Assembly (NCBI GenBank): GCA_963778115.1
Contig: CAVZSV010000004.1
Span: 1,344,001 to 1,408,000, forward strand
DNA from: an uncultured delta proteobacterium
GTDB lineage: Bacteria > Bdellovibrionota > FAC87 > UBA2466
Direction of reading: 5' to 3'
Length of the DNA: 64,000 nucleotides
Every line of letters begins with the position of its first letter. Position 1 is the first letter of the stretch. The translations under genes were made by a program, and so were the position numbers. The notes below the pieces were generated by a model that worked only from the letters and a program-made list of their open reading frames with translations, had not been told where the DNA came from and did no database searches. Shown piece by piece: positions 1 to 7,765 of the stretch.

Positions 1-120
1 CGGCCGGAAGAAAAAACGAGAAAAGATTCCCCCAAAGGGACGAAATCGGGCTTCGCTGCGAACGGCACCCAATGCCATAAAAGCCACAACAATAATTAAG
101 AGATGGTTCTTGCGACGCAT
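1..120 (-). CDS. 5' part of an exported hypothetical protein (runs off the window)
   Basis: ATG at 120 preceded by GGAGAG; manual translation MRRKNHLLIIVVAFMALGAVRSEARFRPFGG... looks like a Sec signal peptide; frame open to the window edge. Confidence 0.6.
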   Translation of the reverse strand, partial: MRRKNHLLIIVVAFMALGAVRSEARFRPFGGIFSRFFFRP

Positions 121-280
121 GATCTCTCCAGTGAAATACCCAAACTATTAGATCCGTAAGATCATGCAAAGGGAATACCCGGGGAGCCGCACAGAGAGAA
201 CACAGAGGTAATCGATTGAGATCGCAGAGCAAGGGCAAAACAGTCGCTGCATCGTATTCTGTCTGCGTACGCGTCACTAT

Positions 281-493
281 GGCCTACAGGAGAATACGCT
301 GTGTTCACCCGTTACCCTCTTTCTCTTAAAAGTTTGCGATTAAACAATACCGATAGTTTAGGTAACCGACCTTTTGGAGGATCTTAAGCTTGAAGTACTC
401 CATGTCTTTGTAGCCATAGGCCTGCCATTTAAGGCCCTTGATGGCGCGATTAATACCCTCTGAAAGGCCTGTGGTGACAGGGAAGCGGAAGTC
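281..493 (-). mobile_element. ISL3-family IS remnant: transposase C-terminus (326-493) plus probable right end near 281
   Basis: Manual translation FRFPVTTGLSEGINRAIKGLKWQAYGYKDMEYFKLKILQKVGYLN...* matches the ISL3 C-terminal signature (T.G..EG.N..IK..KR.AYG.....F.LKI); candidate terminus GGCCTACAGG at 281 (less certain); no upstream transposase. Confidence 0.75.
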
Positions 494-516
494 GCTTCCC
501 CTCGTAAAGTGGATGG

Positions 517-1442
517 TTAGTTAAGCAACTGACCTTGTTCCGGTCTGTTCTTCCCCCGGCATTGGTCCATCCAAGCTTTCCCAAAAAACTTATCCGCCTC
601 CAGCTGATTATGCGTACTACACAGCCACCTCACATTCCTCGATTCATGTTTACCTCCCACGGCCCACGGAATGATGTGGTCATTTTCCGCAAAGCGTTTT
701 GCCCCACACCGAACCCCTGAGGGCGACACGTAACAGCACCCCTCGTATTTTTCTTTGACCTCGTTTTTGATTGCCTGGGGAAGATGGCGGCTCTGTGGTG
801 AAGAAGAGGTTTGCTTTGTGTGTCTAGCTTTTTTGGGAGCATGTTTTTGAAGAAGCGCATCCAGCGCGTCATTGAAGATGTCTTCTAGTCTGGCCTTGGG
901 GTGCTTGTGAGAGAGGATAGCCTTAGCTTTTTCTACTTTCTCAGCAAAGGCTTTCGACGCACTAAACGTAATGTTCACCTGGTCGATATTGATAGGCGAG
1001 ATACGGCTATGAACACTGTCTTCTACCGCAGCCTTGGGATAATACTTCACAATGATTTCTTTGATTTTACTGACCGACTTTCCCGAACACTCTTCTAAAA
1101 GCCTCTGGTTATTACTTTGATTTAAATGCGGAGCTAGAACGGAGAGTGCGGTTATCGAAGTTTTGTTATTCTCAAGATACCAATAAATCCTAGGGTACTT
1201 AATGGCACACCTTGCGACTTGAATGCGCTTCAGAGCGGTCGGCTCTGAATATCCCATCTCCTTCACTAAAAACCAACACAAAGAAGAATACCCTTCTACC
1301 GCAAAAATCTTTCGCTGCTCTATCACAGCTAGGTACGCTAATACCTGCGCTTGAATCTTTCTTTCGGCTTTTACTGACCGACGGAATCGACTTACTAACT
1401 CACTATCGTTTAAAGAAAGGGCTATAAAATCTTGTCTCCACC
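517..1442 (-). CDS. HNH endonuclease with N-terminal helical domain (Bdellovibrio/myxobacterial multicopy type); apparent 1-nt frameshift near the start
   Basis: ORF 517-1326 has CCYVSPSGVRC...ENDHIIPWAVGG...NVRWLCSTHN (HNH plus Zn ligands); the frame stays open upstream (LNDSELVSRFRRSVKAERKIQAQVLAYLAVIEQRK); SD GGAGG plus GTG at 1442 is one base out of frame. Confidence 0.8.
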
Positions 1443-1709
1443 TACAAACCTCCGTGTTGTCTGATTTCTAACACGGGTTTTTGGAGTGACTTTTTTTGCG
1501 GTATTTACGTCACTGCAACATGATTCGAATCATGTGAGGAGCCCAGGTGATTACCCAAAAAACAATCTCGTAGCGTCGAAGGAAACGAAGAGGAGCGTGG
1601 TTTATTTACCAGCGGACAAGTCATGACTCCCATAACCCGATTCTTTGACGAATCGTGTCAATCATAATTTGTCCAACGCATCCTATTTTTTTTCTCTTCC
1701 TTCTCGGAT

Positions 1710-2089
1710 TTTTGGGTTTGGGGCTTACGGTCCCTTTGGCGTTGGGGTGCGCAAGAGTTGTTTATTCAAGAACGTCTAACCTGTGCCGTCGCTCCGCTCA
1801 GGAAAAGTTTTACCTTCCGACGCTGGTGCTTGGGTGATGACTAGTGCATGGACCTCGTTCTGTAATTTGAGACGGGCCTTCCTAGGAGTCCCTGCTTTCT
1901 TTTGTGCGAGGCCGTTATGAAGACGGAGGAGTGAGAAGATTGTTCTGTCGCTGGCGCTTTCGTTTTTTTTCTCTTTATTTTCGGATCTCGGACCGGGATT
2001 ATTTTTTTGCCGTCGCGCGGCGGATAAATTGGTTTTCTTTTTTTGGGTTTGGGGGTTTACGGCCCTTTGGCGTGGGGATGCGCAAGAGT
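1710..2089 (+). repeat. Two degenerate ~49-bp direct repeats (1710-1758, 2041-2089)
   Basis: TTTTGGGTTTGGGGCTTACGGTCCCTTTGGCGTTGGGGTGCGCAAGAGT vs TTTTGGGTTTGGGGGTTTACGGCCCTTTGGCGTGGGGATGCGCAAGAGT. Confidence 0.75.
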
Positions 2090-2197
2090 GGGTTAGCACC
2101 GTTCCATGCCGCCGCCGCACCCTACCTCTGGGTTTCCCTCAACGGTGTTCTCGACCGCAAACGTCATTCGGAAAGAACCCACCCGTTATATTAAATT

Positions 2198-2223
2198 TAA
2201 ACTTAAATTTAAATTTAAGTTTA
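2198..2223. promoter_or_regulatory. Perfect 26-bp AT-rich palindrome, candidate operator
   Basis: TAAACTTAAATTT|AAATTTAAGTTTA just upstream of a TGnTATACG -10-like box and the gene at 2276. Confidence 0.45.
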
Positions 2224-2275
2224 GGTAAAGGGGGTGCTATACGGGGTAAAACTACGGTCCTCGAAGGGAGAAGCC

Positions 2276-3805
2276 ATGCGCTTTCTGATTTTATTTCTTG
2301 CTCTATTGCTCACTACGACAGCCTTTACCGTACACGGAGCCTCCATCAAATCCGTGGGGTCCGTAGTTGTCCTGGAACAGGCAGGCCGGGAAATGGTGCG
2401 ATCGCTCGATCTTTGGGAGTGGGAAGTCCGATGGAAGGCCGAAAAATCGAAACTTTCGATTCAACTCAATACGGAACTTTCCGCTGAAGACATAGCCCGA
2501 CAAAAAGTCCAACTCTTACTGGATACTTCAGTCGATGCCTTCTATGAGTTCCCCCATGCCTTGGAGTATGTGATTGCTGAATTTGAATTACTTGATCCTT
2601 CGGCCAAGCTTCACGAGTCCGAACACAAGCATCTCGAATTTTTGCCGAAGGGTCACATTAAACCCGTTTTAAACATCGATTCCAAAAACCGGATCCTCTT
2701 GGACGGTCAGTACTGGGAGGCCCTAAAGGACTCTCCTGTAGATCGGGCCGAAATCTATCTCAGATCCGCGATCTCGCTCCTTCCCGCGTTTGAGACCTCG
2801 GAGGAATTTGAATCGCCTCTGGTCGGAAAGTTAGCGGCTCATCTCCTGAGCACCCTCTCTCCCGATGATTTTAAGATGTGGTACCGAAAGCACTTCACCC
2901 CGTATCAGGCGGTCCCCGGAAAGCAAAAGTATCCCACCTATACCAAACGAGCCCGAACCCTTCGCGATTGGTATCAGGCGAATTTCGTCTACGTTTCCCA
3001 AGCGGGAACCATGGCTAAGGCGGAAGCTTTGGCGCTAAAGGACCTGGAATCTAAGTGCACTGACTGGAAGGTGAGACAACTCTCGTCTGATTTAGCAAAG
3101 CAAAGTCGGTATTTTTACGCAACTTGCGGCAATCCCGGCGCAGATTTATTGGCCGCAGGTAAGTCGCAAGGTTATCGTGCTTCAGCCAACGGCTATATCT
3201 TTCTAGAGCCCCTTAGCAATGCCAATGTGGTTCAAGGAACTATCCGAACTTCTCTTTTACTTTATTCCGATCCGGAACAGTCAGCACAGTTCGTGACGCT
3301 GAATAGGCTCCAAACCCGCTGCGATCAGTGGAAAGAAGAATTTAAAGCGAAGTGGGGCGAAAAATTGCTCTTTGTCACGTGCGGAATGCCGATGGTAAAG
3401 ACCGTAGATATTAACCAGCGCTTTTCGCGCTATCAAAACTATCAGAATCAAGGGGGCGCCCAAGCTTTATCGACGACCCAATTGCTCATAGCAGTGCCCG
3501 ACGAAACTCCCAGCGAAATCCAGGAAGAACAGACCATCAATAGTTCGATAACCCACTCGGCCTATGCCAGTTTGTCCGAGGATGTCTCTGACGTCGTAAA
3601 ATTGTTTAACGATTGGAACGACGCTTGCCTCAATTTTCGAGCTCGCCAACAAAGATACTGGGGAGACCGCCTGCTCTACGTCACCTGCGATAAGGGCAAT
3701 ACCCTAGACCTTCAATTCTCAGGGGGAGATGCTTACTCGGGCAAGGCCACCTTGAGTTACTCGACCCAAGGGGGAGTCTACCTATTGCCCGAGCCGGCCA
3801 ACTAA
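2276..3805 (+). CDS. Secreted hypothetical protein with three C-terminal Cys-pair repeats
   Basis: ORF 2234-3805; ATG 2276 with GGGAG SD and signal peptide MRFLILFLALLLTTTAFTVHG; three C..W/F[KR]...TC[GD] repeats. Confidence 0.8.
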   Translation: MRFLILFLALLLTTTAFTVHGASIKSVGSVVVLEQAGREMVRSLDLWEWEVRWKAEKSKLSIQLNTELSAEDIARQKVQLLLDTSVDAFYEFPHALEYVIAEFELLDPSAKLHESEHKHLEFLPKGHIKPVLNIDSKNRILLDGQYWEALKDSPVDRAEIYLRSAISLLPAFETSEEFESPLVGKLAAHLLSTLSPDDFKMWYRKHFTPYQAVPGKQKYPTYTKRARTLRDWYQANFVYVSQAGTMAKAEALALKDLESKCTDWKVRQLSSDLAKQSRYFYATCGNPGADLLAAGKSQGYRASANGYIFLEPLSNANVVQGTIRTSLLLYSDPEQSAQFVTLNRLQTRCDQWKEEFKAKWGEKLLFVTCGMPMVKTVDINQRFSRYQNYQNQGGAQALSTTQLLIAVPDETPSEIQEEQTINSSITHSAYASLSEDVSDVVKLFNDWNDACLNFRARQQRYWGDRLLYVTCDKGNTLDLQFSGGDAYSGKATLSYSTQGGVYLLPEPAN

Positions 3806-3876
3806 AGAGAGTGTCGCCTCATACTCCCTAGTTGCCATTAGCCCCAAAAAGTCGTATTTAAAGGCCTTCTTTGTTC

Positions 3877-3950
3877 GCGGGACTAGCTCAATTGGCTAGA
3901 GCGCCACCTTGCCAAGGTGGAGGTTGCGGGTTCGAGACCCGTGTCCCGCT
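3877..3950 (+). tRNA. tRNA-Gly(GCC), CCA not encoded
   Basis: Acceptor GCGGGAC/GTCCCGC, D arm GCTC..GAGC, anticodon arm CCACC-TTGCCAA-GGTGG, T arm GCGGG-TTCGAGA-CCCGT. Confidence 0.97.
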
Positions 3951-3993
3951 AATAAAAAAGGCGAGTCACCAGACTCGCCTTTTTTATTAGCGG
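3946..3993. terminator. Bidirectional intrinsic terminator after tRNA-Gly
   Basis: Perfect 22-bp inverted repeat CCGCTAATAAAAAAGGCGAGTC-ACCA-GACTCGCCTTTTTTATTAGCGG with A6/T6 tracts. Confidence 0.85.
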
Positions 3994-4803
3994 TTTGAGA
4001 TAAAGCCGGAATGAATTTATTCATTCCGGCAGTCCTTCCACGGGTCGAGAAGGGAAGCCCCGAAACCAACTTCAAATACTCCGAAGCGAACAATCCGGGG
4101 ATTCCCCGGCTGTCTGCAGCGGTCCCTAGGACCGCGAAAGACAGACCCTATGTCCCCGCTAGCGCGAGTCACCAGACTCGCCTTTTTTATTAGCGGTTTG
4201 AGATAAAGCCGGAATGAATTTATTCATTCCGGCAGTCCTTCCACGGGTCGAGAAGGGAAGCCCCGAAACCAACTTCAAATACTCCGAAGCGAACAATCCG
4301 GGGATTCCCCGGCTGTCTGCAGCGGTCCCTAGGACCGCGAAAGACAGACCCTATGTCCCCGCTAGCGCGAGTCACCAGACTCGCCTTTTTTATTAGCGGT
4401 TTGAGATAAAGCCGGAATGAATTTATTCATTCCGGCAGTCCTTCCACGGGTCGAGAAGGGAAGCCCCGAAACCAACTTCAAATACTCCGAAGCGAACAAT
4501 CCGGGGATTCCCCGGCTGTCTGCAGCGGTCCCTAGGACCGCGAAAGACAGACCCTATGTCCCCGCTAGCGCGAGTCACCACACTCGCCTTTCTTATTAGC
4601 GGTTTGAGATAAAGCCGGAATGAATTTATTCATTCCGGCAGTCCTTCCACGGGTCGAGAAGGAAAGCCCCGAAACCAACTTCAAATACTCCGAAGCGAAC
4701 AATCCGGGGATTCCCCGGCTGTCTGCAGCGGTCCCTGGGACCGCGAAAGACAGACCCTATGTCCCCGCTAGCGCGAGTCACCACACTCGCCTTTTTTATT
4801 AGC
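3961..4803 (+). repeat. Tandem array of 203-bp structured units (4 full copies plus a 31-bp partial)
   Basis: Units start at 3961, 4164, 4367, 4570, 4773; units 1-3 read identical, unit 4 has 4 substitutions; each has several perfect hairpins. Confidence 0.97.
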
Positions 4804-4863
4804 CCTCTATTTTCGATTCTCGATTTTCAGTCTCATTGCCCTTACCGCGCGGTACTTATGCAT

Positions 4864-5025
4864 GGGGATTGCTTCCTCCTACGCCAAGGCTACGACGGAC
4901 AAGTCGCTCCTGCTTTCTTTGTCATTGCGAGCAGGCCGAAGGCCGACGTGGCAACCTGTAAGCGTAGTGGCACGGATGTCATCACCAGCACGGACTACAG
5001 ATTGCTTCGGCTTCGCCCCAATGAC
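4864..5025. repeat. Cluster of short palindromic interspersed elements (GTCATTGCGAG...GCAA../..GATTGCTTCG...CAATGAC type, plus CCTACGCCAAGGCTACG type)
   Basis: 4921-5025 is bounded by GTCATTG/CAATGAC with internal GCAACCTGTA/TACAGATTGC pairing; related element at 36476-36564. Confidence 0.65.
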
Positions 5026-5036
5026 ATCTTTGTCGA

Positions 5037-6800
5037 CTACTTTTTCCCCCGCGCCTCTTCCTCAATGTAATCGATATCGATATAGTCCTGATGGTTGTTC
5101 GTGACGAGGACCGCCCCTCTGGGCGTGTTGGCCACGGTGGTGCCAAATAATATTTGAAAGGACGGACTTGGCGCCAGTAAAGGCTTTTTCACCTGCTGTT
5201 CAAAAGATAGGGTGCTGTCGATCAGGCGAATATCAGAGCCGGCATACATTCCGGGCGAAAGAAATTTGGTATCCGAACCAGGCACGCGCAGGAGATGGAC
5301 GTTATCAATGATGCCTATCGTCGCTGGTGTCCCATAAGTATCTCCGGAGGTTGGAATGGACTTGAGATGACTGCCCTCTTTAAAAAATAGTAGCTTCCCT
5401 AGCCTGTCAAACCCGTAAGTTTCATACCCTTTGACAGCCCGCCAGAGTCGATAATCTTGCCCCGGTTTTTCCAATCCTCTTAGATCGAGCACTTCTCCCG
5501 GCCGAGACATAACCAAAGATTGAAGGTTGAGAACAATCACGTGTTTGCTATCGGTGATCGCCACATAGTGCGAAGAATCCACTCGAGAAGAAGACATCGC
5601 AAATCCACCGGAGAGGAGTACCTCGGCGGTCCTTCCCTCTTCAAAGAGATCCCATGCCCGAAGTCGCGATTCTTTCTCTTTGGTCTCGTCGATGCGAACC
5701 ACGTATCGACCATTACCAGTAATTAACGGCTCTCCTCGAACGGAAAACCTCCCCTCTGTTGCCTCTTTGGGGAGTAAAACGGTTCTTTGTTTATCCCCCA
5801 AGAAATAAAGAACCCCTTGATCATAGTCGGAGTGCAATCGCCCCTCCACCACAACGGTTTTCCCATCCGGATGTTGCCATGCCCTGTTGGCGTACGTCGT
5901 ATTAATTCCAACGCTTCGACGCTGATTGGTGCGTTGGTTCCAAAGAACCGCGATACCGCTGGACGACAAAAGCATATTGTCCTGATCTATAAAAAGGACG
6001 GTACTCGACCCGTGGTCAAATAAGGAACCCGTTTCCAGATCCAAACTGTAGGTCCGGCCGATCGAATACCCAGTTCCCGTCTTTTCCGAAGAAGTTCCTT
6101 CGAAAGTGATCCGCTTGCCGTCACTACTGAGCATTAGATCGTGTACCCGACTCACTTGCGAGGGGATGGGAATTCTAACCCGCGTCTCCGTTGCCTTCTG
6201 CTTGCGATAAGCGGCGTATAGAACGGTTGCAATCTGGTCGAAGTAAGGATGATCTTTGGGCGTCACGGTAGGGTAGGCAATATGGCCGGCTTCGTGGATG
6301 GCAAGACCGAATGCTTTCTCCGCCGTAAACCCTTCGCCCACGTTGACCGCGGGATAGCTTAGCTCAATGTGCGAAGTTTTCTCGTCGGTTACCACCTTAG
6401 CGGCAACCTGTTTATTGTCTTCGAGTAAGATCTCCATGGTCTCTTTGGCGAGATCCGGTTCGCTAATGACTCGCTTTAAGGCATCCAACCAAGCGCTCCG
6501 GTGTTTTACATAGAATTGGATAAGATTGGCCTCGGTCGGAGCGGCATCCTGAGTAATATCGGTCGACTCCATTGCTTCCAGTGCTAGCCTCGCGCCATTC
6601 TTGAAAGTAAAGACCAGCGTCCCACCGCCACCCATGGTTCCCACCGAACCACCGGAAGCCGATAACTGTGGAGCAGGGGCTAGCGATCTTCCACCGCCGT
6701 TTCCGCTTCCCCCTCCGCCGCCCCCCCCACTTGGGGCCGGAGTTCCGCAGGCTGATAACAACAAGACCACTAGTCCTGAAATCACTACTTTCGCTTTCAT
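5037..6800 (-). CDS. Lipoprotein with Gly-rich linker, HExxH (HEAGH) putative zinc-peptidase motif and beta-rich C-terminus
   Basis: Lipobox LLLSAC; AIHEAGH; ATG overlaps the stop of the upstream gene (ATGA). Confidence 0.75.
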   Translation of the reverse strand: MKAKVVISGLVVLLLSACGTPAPSGGGGGGGSGNGGGRSLAPAPQLSASGGSVGTMGGGGTLVFTFKNGARLALEAMESTDITQDAAPTEANLIQFYVKHRSAWLDALKRVISEPDLAKETMEILLEDNKQVAAKVVTDEKTSHIELSYPAVNVGEGFTAEKAFGLAIHEAGHIAYPTVTPKDHPYFDQIATVLYAAYRKQKATETRVRIPIPSQVSRVHDLMLSSDGKRITFEGTSSEKTGTGYSIGRTYSLDLETGSLFDHGSSTVLFIDQDNMLLSSSGIAVLWNQRTNQRRSVGINTTYANRAWQHPDGKTVVVEGRLHSDYDQGVLYFLGDKQRTVLLPKEATEGRFSVRGEPLITGNGRYVVRIDETKEKESRLRAWDLFEEGRTAEVLLSGGFAMSSSRVDSSHYVAITDSKHVIVLNLQSLVMSRPGEVLDLRGLEKPGQDYRLWRAVKGYETYGFDRLGKLLFFKEGSHLKSIPTSGDTYGTPATIGIIDNVHLLRVPGSDTKFLSPGMYAGSDIRLIDSTLSFEQQVKKPLLAPSPSFQILFGTTVANTPRGAVLVTNNHQDYIDIDYIEEEARGKK

Positions 6801-7609
6801 CGTTTCTCTCCTTCGGTCACTCGAAACAGTTGAACATTGAGGTGGTACACCTCGGTTTTTTTCTTTCCCTTATCGAAAAGATCTACTAACTCCCCCATGA
6901 ACTTTCGGATTCTCTTTTGTGCATCCGGAATCTGCGCGATATCGATAGCAAAGGTCTCAGACCCTATTACCTTTTCTTTGGGCGTTTGAGTTTCAATAGA
7001 AGCCATCGCCTTTTCGAGCATTTGCCGGTGAAACTTTCTCAGCCCTTCGTGAGCCATTTTGGACTCAAAGAGCGAATACTCGTGAATCCGCTGGTAGTGG
7101 CCCTTGTCGTCTTTTTTCAAAAGTTCAAGCCTTTCGAGCCGCTCTATAGCAGCGCGCGCTTCGACCGGCGAAATCCCCAGCCGCTCTGAGATCCGTTCTG
7201 GAGTAAATTCTTTGGCGCCTAATTCGGTCATGACGAGAATCGGAATGTGATACCAGCTCGAGATTGCGGTAAACACATCGAGACTCAGGTCGACGACTCT
7301 TTTTGGTCGTATGGACTGCAACCTTTCAAAATGCTCTTGGCGGGTTCTCGGGGTGGTAGCCGACTGGTACTGAACGAGAAGGCAGAAATAATCCCGCTCG
7401 ATTCCTTCAAGCTCCAGCTTTTCGGCAATTGAGATCGCTTTTTCGAAAGAGAAATTCTTCTTTCCTTTGCTTACTACTTCGGAAAATAGCGAAGGAGCCA
7501 TGCCGAGCGACTTCGCCATTGAGCGAAGGCTATACCGAGGGTTCCGGCTGATTCTCTCGGCGAGAACGCTCCTCAAAAAGGCCCTATAGTCTGTAAATTC
7601 CAAAATCAC
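6797..7609 (-). CDS. TIGR02147/DUF4423-family HTH protein
   Basis: DYRAFL...NPRYSLRSMAKSLG..PS..SEV HTH; ISSWYH..I; FH.QML..A; EVYHLNVQLF C-terminus, all typical of this family. Confidence 0.88.
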   Translation of the reverse strand: MILEFTDYRAFLRSVLAERISRNPRYSLRSMAKSLGMAPSLFSEVVSKGKKNFSFEKAISIAEKLELEGIERDYFCLLVQYQSATTPRTRQEHFERLQSIRPKRVVDLSLDVFTAISSWYHIPILVMTELGAKEFTPERISERLGISPVEARAAIERLERLELLKKDDKGHYQRIHEYSLFESKMAHEGLRKFHRQMLEKAMASIETQTPKEKVIGSETFAIDIAQIPDAQKRIRKFMGELVDLFDKGKKKTEVYHLNVQLFRVTEGEKR

Positions 7610-7650
7610 GGGCTGGGATATATCGCGGAGTGTCGAGTGAGATCAAGGGG

Positions 7651-7682
7651 GCAGCGAACAATGTGTTCGCTAGCAGCGAACA
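7651..7682. promoter_or_regulatory. Candidate operator: inverted plus direct repeats of AGCGAACA
   Basis: AGCGAACA-ATG-TGTTCGCT (7653-7671) and GCAGCGAACA at both 7651 and 7673, in the divergent promoter region. Confidence 0.5.
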
Positions 7683-7765
7683 TAGAATTATAACTAATTA
7701 ATATTACTTATTAATACATCACTAGAGGGGTAATCTTTCCCCAACCTGCTATAATTTTCCTATCC

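Noticed and set aside
517..1326. IscB/Cas9-like nuclease
   Set aside because: No PLMP or RuvC motifs visible; HNH is at the C-terminus
1655..2487. Short ORFs between HNH and the 2276 gene
   Set aside because: Low-complexity translations of T/G tracts, mutually overlapping, no SD or motifs
4011..4802. Four 60-aa ORFs in the repeat (MNLFIPAV...)
   Set aside because: No SD, the ATG lies inside a hairpin, and all differences between copies are non-synonymous; probably incidental, though not excluded
3961..4803. CRISPR array
   Set aside because: Units are 203 bp and contiguous with no unique spacers; no cas genes in the window
6721..6728. G8 tract as a phase-variation switch in the lipoprotein
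   Set aside because: Explained by poly-Gly codons; short and in frame; no evidence of variation
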